Assembly (NCBI GenBank): GCA_030646255.1
Contig: JAUSNF010000014.1
Span: 1 to 25,500, forward strand
Direction: 5' to 3'
DNA length: 25,500 nt
Source: Candidatus Burarchaeum sp.
GTDB taxonomy: Archaea > Micrarchaeota > Micrarchaeia > Burarchaeales > Burarchaeaceae
This document shows positions 22,326 to 25,500 of the stretch, in pieces. The notes beneath the pieces are model-generated. The model was not told the origin of the DNA. It ran no database searches and saw only the letters and a list, made by a program, of their open reading frames with translations. Numbering within the stretch: position 1 is the stretch's first letter; each line of letters opens with the position of its first letter. Position numbers and translations under genes: made by a program.

Positions 22326-22476
22326 CGGGCCCGGCGGGATTGACAGCCTTGCTGGCAAATCTTGTCGGCTTGCCGACAAGGCTTTTGAACCCGCGACCAT
22401 CAGCTTAGAAGGCTTCCGGGATCGAAACTACATTGGTTTCAATCATGCCGCGCTATCCAGGCTGCGCCACGGGCCC
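22326..22476 (-). tRNA. tRNA-Arg (anticodon UCU) gene with two non-canonical introns. One is 32 nt at position 28/29 or 29/30 in the anticodon stem. The other is 44 nt at 58/59 or 59/60 in the T-loop. No CCA is encoded.
   Basis: The minus strand reads as follows. The 5' portion is GGGCCCG-UG-GCGC-AGCCUGGAUA-GCGC-G-GC. Intron 1 follows (22446..22415, with an internal 8-bp hairpin GAUUGAAA/UUUCGAUC). Next comes AGC-CUUCUAA-GCUGA-UGGUC-GCGGG-UUCAA. Intron 2 follows (22384..22341, with hairpin CUUGUCGGC-aa-GCCGACAAG). The 3' portion is AU-CCCGC-CGGGCCC-G. The spliced product is a 75-nt cloverleaf with a perfect 7-bp acceptor stem, a 4-bp D stem with the Arg-typical AGCCUGGAUA loop, a T arm GCGGG-UUCAAAU-CCCGC, and an anticodon loop CUUCUAA with U33/A37. 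A TATA 'TTATTAAAT' lies about 25 nt upstream. Confidence 0.7.
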
Positions 22477-22543
22477 GTGGATAGAATAGGATGAATATGA
22501 TTTAATAACCTCGTTGCTATGGCATATGCAGAGGGGTGGGAGA

Positions 22544-23452
22544 ATGGCATGGGAGATTGGACTTATAGCGGCGCTCGTAGTTCTGGCGGTTCTCGCGCTG
22601 ATGAGCATAAAGATTGTGCGGCCGACCGAGAGGGCGTTGGTTGAGCGGTTTGGAAAGTATCATCGTTTTGCAAATCCGGGCATAAACTTCATCATTCCGC
22701 TCATAGACAGCATAGTTCGGGTTAATGTGACTGAGAGGATGGTGGATGCTGATAGGCAGGAGATTATTACAAAAGATAATTTGAACGCGCTTGTGGACGC
22801 GCAGATTTATTTCCGCGTGAATTCCGACGAGGAGAGCGTGAAGGCCTCGCAGTATAACGTGCAGAATTACGAGTGGCAGATTGTGAACCTTGCGAGGACT
22901 ACGCTGAGGAATATCATAGGCAACCTGACGCTCACTAGGGCGAACAGCGACAGGAATGCGATAAACATGCAGCTGCTTCAGGAGCTGCAGGCGGAAGTGT
23001 CGGGCGTGAACAAGGAAAGGACAGGGCGGGGATGGGGGCTTTCAATAGTCAGGACTGAATTGAAGGAGATTGAGCCGCCCAAGGATGTGCAGCAGACGAT
23101 GAACGAGGTTGTGAAGGCCGAGAACACGCGGATTGCGGCTACCGACCTTGCCACTGCTACCGAGACAAAGGCAGATGGCGAGAGGAGGGCGGCGATCAAG
23201 GTTGCTGAGGGCCGTGCGAAAGGTGTTGAGATAGAGGCTGATGCCAAGGCTAAGGCTATTGAAGCAGTCAATACGGCTGCGCAGAAATATTTCGTTGGCA
23301 ATGCACAGCTGCTGAAAAAGTATGAAGTTTTGCAGGCCAGCCTTGAGCATAATACGAAGTTTGTGATTACTGAGAAGGGCATTTCGCCTGTGATTGTATT
23401 TGGGGATGGCAAGGAAATCATAACGCTGCCGCGCGACATGATGAAGAAGTAG
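22544..23452 (+). CDS. SPFH/band-7 (stomatin/prohibitin-like) membrane protein.
   Basis: An N-terminal TM ('IGLIAALVVLAVLALMSI') is followed by 'VRPTERALVERFGKYHRFANPGINFIIPLIDSIVRVNVTE...ITKDNLNALVDAQIYFRV', which is a canonical SPFH domain, and an Ala/Glu-rich coiled-coil tail. The start was reassigned to the ATG at 22544, directly after the strong RBS GAGGGGTGGGAG. The listed TTG at 22514 is upstream of that RBS. Confidence 0.85.
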   Translation: MAWEIGLIAALVVLAVLALMSIKIVRPTERALVERFGKYHRFANPGINFIIPLIDSIVRVNVTERMVDADRQEIITKDNLNALVDAQIYFRVNSDEESVKASQYNVQNYEWQIVNLARTTLRNIIGNLTLTRANSDRNAINMQLLQELQAEVSGVNKERTGRGWGLSIVRTELKEIEPPKDVQQTMNEVVKAENTRIAATDLATATETKADGERRAAIKVAEGRAKGVEIEADAKAKAIEAVNTAAQKYFVGNAQLLKKYEVLQASLEHNTKFVITEKGISPVIVFGDGKEIITLPRDMMKK

Positions 23453-23501
23453 GCAGGATACTGCGGCTGCCTACGTCGCATGCACAGGCCTAAAGACGCG
23501 C

Positions 23502-23813
23502 CTATTTCGCCAGCTTGTTCAGATCAGTTTGCACTATGTATTGCGCTATGGGAAACAGCACGAAGAACGCAAGGAAGGTCATAAGCCCGGCATTCTCGTC
23601 CTTTTTCACGTACTTGGCATAGCCCTCGCAGTACTTCCACATCCAGTACCAATTGACTATTGGGATTAGAAACAGGATGGTTGTTGGAATTTTGGCGCCC
23701 AGGCGGTTCATCTCATTTTTAGTCTGCCATGCCCAGTAGAGATAATATAGTCCCAGCGTGATAAAGGACAGCAATATTACTATTATAGGCTCTCGTCTCT
23801 TGATGTCGGCCAT
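23502..23813 (-). CDS. Small two-TM membrane protein with a GLYYLYW motif (DUF4234-like).
   Basis: The 103-aa protein has 'IIVILLSFITLGLYYLYWAW' and a second hydrophobic segment 'LMTFLAFFVLFPIAQYIV'. Confidence 0.45.
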   Translation of the reverse strand: MADIKRREPIIVILLSFITLGLYYLYWAWQTKNEMNRLGAKIPTTILFLIPIVNWYWMWKYCEGYAKYVKKDENAGLMTFLAFFVLFPIAQYIVQTDLNKLAK

Positions 23814-23891
23814 TTAGAAACACCTCGTTTTTTAGATAATTACATGCCGGGTTTTTATATATGAGGTTCGACAAACGTAGAACGTGCTTGT

Positions 23892-25493
23892 TTACATCCT
23901 CTCGGGTGCCTCGATGCCGAGCAGGTTCAAGCCGTTGCGCAGGACTAGCTGCGTTGCCTTCACTAGCTTCACGCGCGCCTCCATCATGCGCGGCTCGGCC
24001 TTCAGAACCGGGCAGGCATTGTAGAATCTTGCGAACTGCGCCGAGAGCTCCAGTAAATATTCTGCCATAAGGTGCGGCCTCTGCTCCATGGCGGATTGTA
24101 GCACACGGGAGGGGAAGCGGGCGAGCATGACTGCAAGGTTGCGCTCTTCTGAGTCTGCCAGCAGGCTGATGTCGCCGAAGACTATTTCGCCCGTCTTCTC
24201 GAGTATGCGGCTGCACCGGGCATGTGAATATTGTATGTAGGGTGCGGAATCGCCCTCGAAGTTGAGCGCCTCCTCCCACCTGAATATAATTTTCTTCTCG
24301 GGCGTTGTGCGCAGGAGGCCGAAGCGCACCGCGCCTATGCCCACTGCCTGCGCTATTTTTGTCTTCTCTTCTTCAGCCATGTCCGTGAAGCGCGTGCGTA
24401 TTTCGGTGAGCGCGCGCGCTTCCGCTTCATCTATTACCTCGTCCGCACTATAACCGAGCCAGGAGCCTTCGCGGCCTGAGAATTTCTTGTCGGGCAGGCC
24501 TGCATGCTCATATGAGAGGTGCAAGTAGTTCTTGGCCTGCTCGCTGAAGCCCATGGATTCCATTAGAAGCGAGAGAACCCTTTGCGGGTATTTCTGCTCG
24601 ACGCCTATTACATTGATTGCAACTGCGGCAGAAGGGAGGCGCGTGCTGGTGCCGCGCGGCGAGGAGGTGTAGAGCATTGTGCCATTAGGCTGCTTAAGGA
24701 ATTCCGAGAACTGGAGCTGCGCATCTACAAGGCCGAACTTCCAGAGCGCGAAGGCCAAATCTTTTGCTGCATAGGTGGCTGTGCCGTCGGACCTGAGTAG
24801 CACTTTGTCAGGACTTTCCATCTGCGCGAACTCTTTGCGGTCTGCGAGCTTTGCAACTAAACATCCTGCATTCTTGCCCTCGCTCTCGAATTCGACCGCG
24901 CCGCTTTCCTTCGCCGCATCCATGGTCTTCTCAAGTAAGTGTGCATGCACAAGGTCGCTTTCCCACACTAGTAAATCGTGGTAGATGCCGAGCCTGAATG
25001 CCGTGTCGTATTGTGCAGTAACGCACTGGGAGCAGAGGTTGCGCGCTGTTTTTGGTATGTCTCCTTCGCCCTTTTCCATGAGCTCGACAATCTCGCGCAC
25101 CTGCTTCTCGACTGCAGGGTCCGCAATGAGCTTTGCCACTTCAACGTACTGGCGGCCCAGCCATTGGTCGGCCTTCATGTCCATCTTGTTGCTTAAGTTG
25201 AGGTAGCCCCAGACGCTTTGGGCCACCTGCAGGCCGAGGTCGTCTATATAATCTAGGCGCTTGACGTCGAAGCCTGCGCAAGAAAGTATGCGCGCTACGC
25301 TGTCGCCAAGGACTGCATTGCGCAAATGGCCGATGTGCCAGGGCTTGTTTGGATTGACTGAAGGGAATTCGATGTAAACGACCTTGCCGTTAGCTTCCCG
25401 CGAGCCATAGGCCTTGCCCTGGTCCACGGTTGAGTCGATTGCAAACTTTAGGAACTGCGTGCTGAGCCTGAAGTTTATGTATGGCCCCAGCAC
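23892..25493 (-). CDS. argS: Arginyl-tRNA synthetase (class I), N-terminally truncated by the window edge.
   Basis: The HIGH motif is 'PWHIGHLRNAVLGD' and the KMSKS-equivalent region is present. The C-terminal DALR anticodon-binding domain is 'LAVMLARFPSRVLQSAMEQRPHLMAEYLLELSAQFARFYNACPVL'. The ORF is open to within 7 nt of the window end. Confidence 0.9.
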   Translation of the reverse strand: MLGPYINFRLSTQFLKFAIDSTVDQGKAYGSREANGKVVYIEFPSVNPNKPWHIGHLRNAVLGDSVARILSCAGFDVKRLDYIDDLGLQVAQSVWGYLNLSNKMDMKADQWLGRQYVEVAKLIADPAVEKQVREIVELMEKGEGDIPKTARNLCSQCVTAQYDTAFRLGIYHDLLVWESDLVHAHLLEKTMDAAKESGAVEFESEGKNAGCLVAKLADRKEFAQMESPDKVLLRSDGTATYAAKDLAFALWKFGLVDAQLQFSEFLKQPNGTMLYTSSPRGTSTRLPSAAVAINVIGVEQKYPQRVLSLLMESMGFSEQAKNYLHLSYEHAGLPDKKFSGREGSWLGYSADEVIDEAEARALTEIRTRFTDMAEEEKTKIAQAVGIGAVRFGLLRTTPEKKIIFRWEEALNFEGDSAPYIQYSHARCSRILEKTGEIVFGDISLLADSEERNLAVMLARFPSRVLQSAMEQRPHLMAEYLLELSAQFARFYNACPVLKAEPRMMEARVKLVKATQLVLRNGLNLLGIEAPERM

Positions 25494-25500
25494 CTGGCAG

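Noticed and set aside
22276-22494. 72-aa plus-strand ORF and an apparent hairpin-plus-T-run 'terminator' (CTTGTCGGC-tt-GCCGACAAG-gctttt at 22361-22388).
   Set aside because: The whole interval is occupied on the opposite strand by the intron-containing tRNA-Arg gene. The hairpin is the T-loop intron and the ORF is spurious.
23719-24279. 186-aa minus-strand ORF overlapping the argS 3' region in another frame.
   Set aside because: It shares the strand with argS in an alternate frame. It has Arg/Pro/Gly-rich low-complexity sequence and no independent signals.
1-25500. CRISPR arrays, rRNA genes, IS transposases or integrases.
   Set aside because: No regularly spaced direct repeats, no rRNA-like conserved blocks, and no ORF with DDE, tyrosine or serine recombinase motifs were seen. 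The only candidate mobile DNA is the repeat-delimited 627-bp MNT unit and the small palindromic insert after glyS.

Overview
The window is an archaeal chromosomal fragment with GC-rich coding DNA, archaeal TATA/BRE-like promoters, GGTGG-type ribosome-binding sites and frequent GTG/TTG starts.

The right two-thirds (about 9.4 to 25.5 kb) is housekeeping. On the minus strand it carries a tRNA-Arg, a UPF0147 protein, and the DP1 and DP2 subunits of D-family DNA polymerase (PolD). It also carries an Ogg1-type glycosylase, class-II glycyl-tRNA synthetase, an N-terminally truncated arginyl-tRNA synthetase at the window edge, an SPFH/stomatin protein, a flavin reductase and a secreted beta-propeller lipoprotein.

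The left third (about 1 to 9.4 kb) looks like a defence/accessory island built around a short Nop5-like gene. It holds an archaeal AAA-ATPase with DUF234 and a HAD hydrolase. It holds a roughly 3.9 kb AT-poor segment with an MmeI-like Type IIL/IIG restriction-modification fusion enzyme and a convergent polytopic membrane protein. It holds a RelE/YoeB-like toxin ORF with no canonical start, and a HEPN gene next to a wHTH-MNT gene that is bracketed by perfect 20-bp inverted repeats. It ends with a canonical RelB/RelE pair.

The most notable non-coding call is a tRNA-Arg(UCU) gene interrupted by two non-canonical introns, one in the anticodon stem and one in the T-loop. It was found by hand, and its T-loop intron hairpin could be mistaken for a terminator.

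Several six-frame ORFs are artefactual and true starts were reassigned. These are the 11644..14721 ORF, the first 35 codons of the DP1 ORF, the first 8 codons of the DP2 ORF, and the 6802..7506 ORF.
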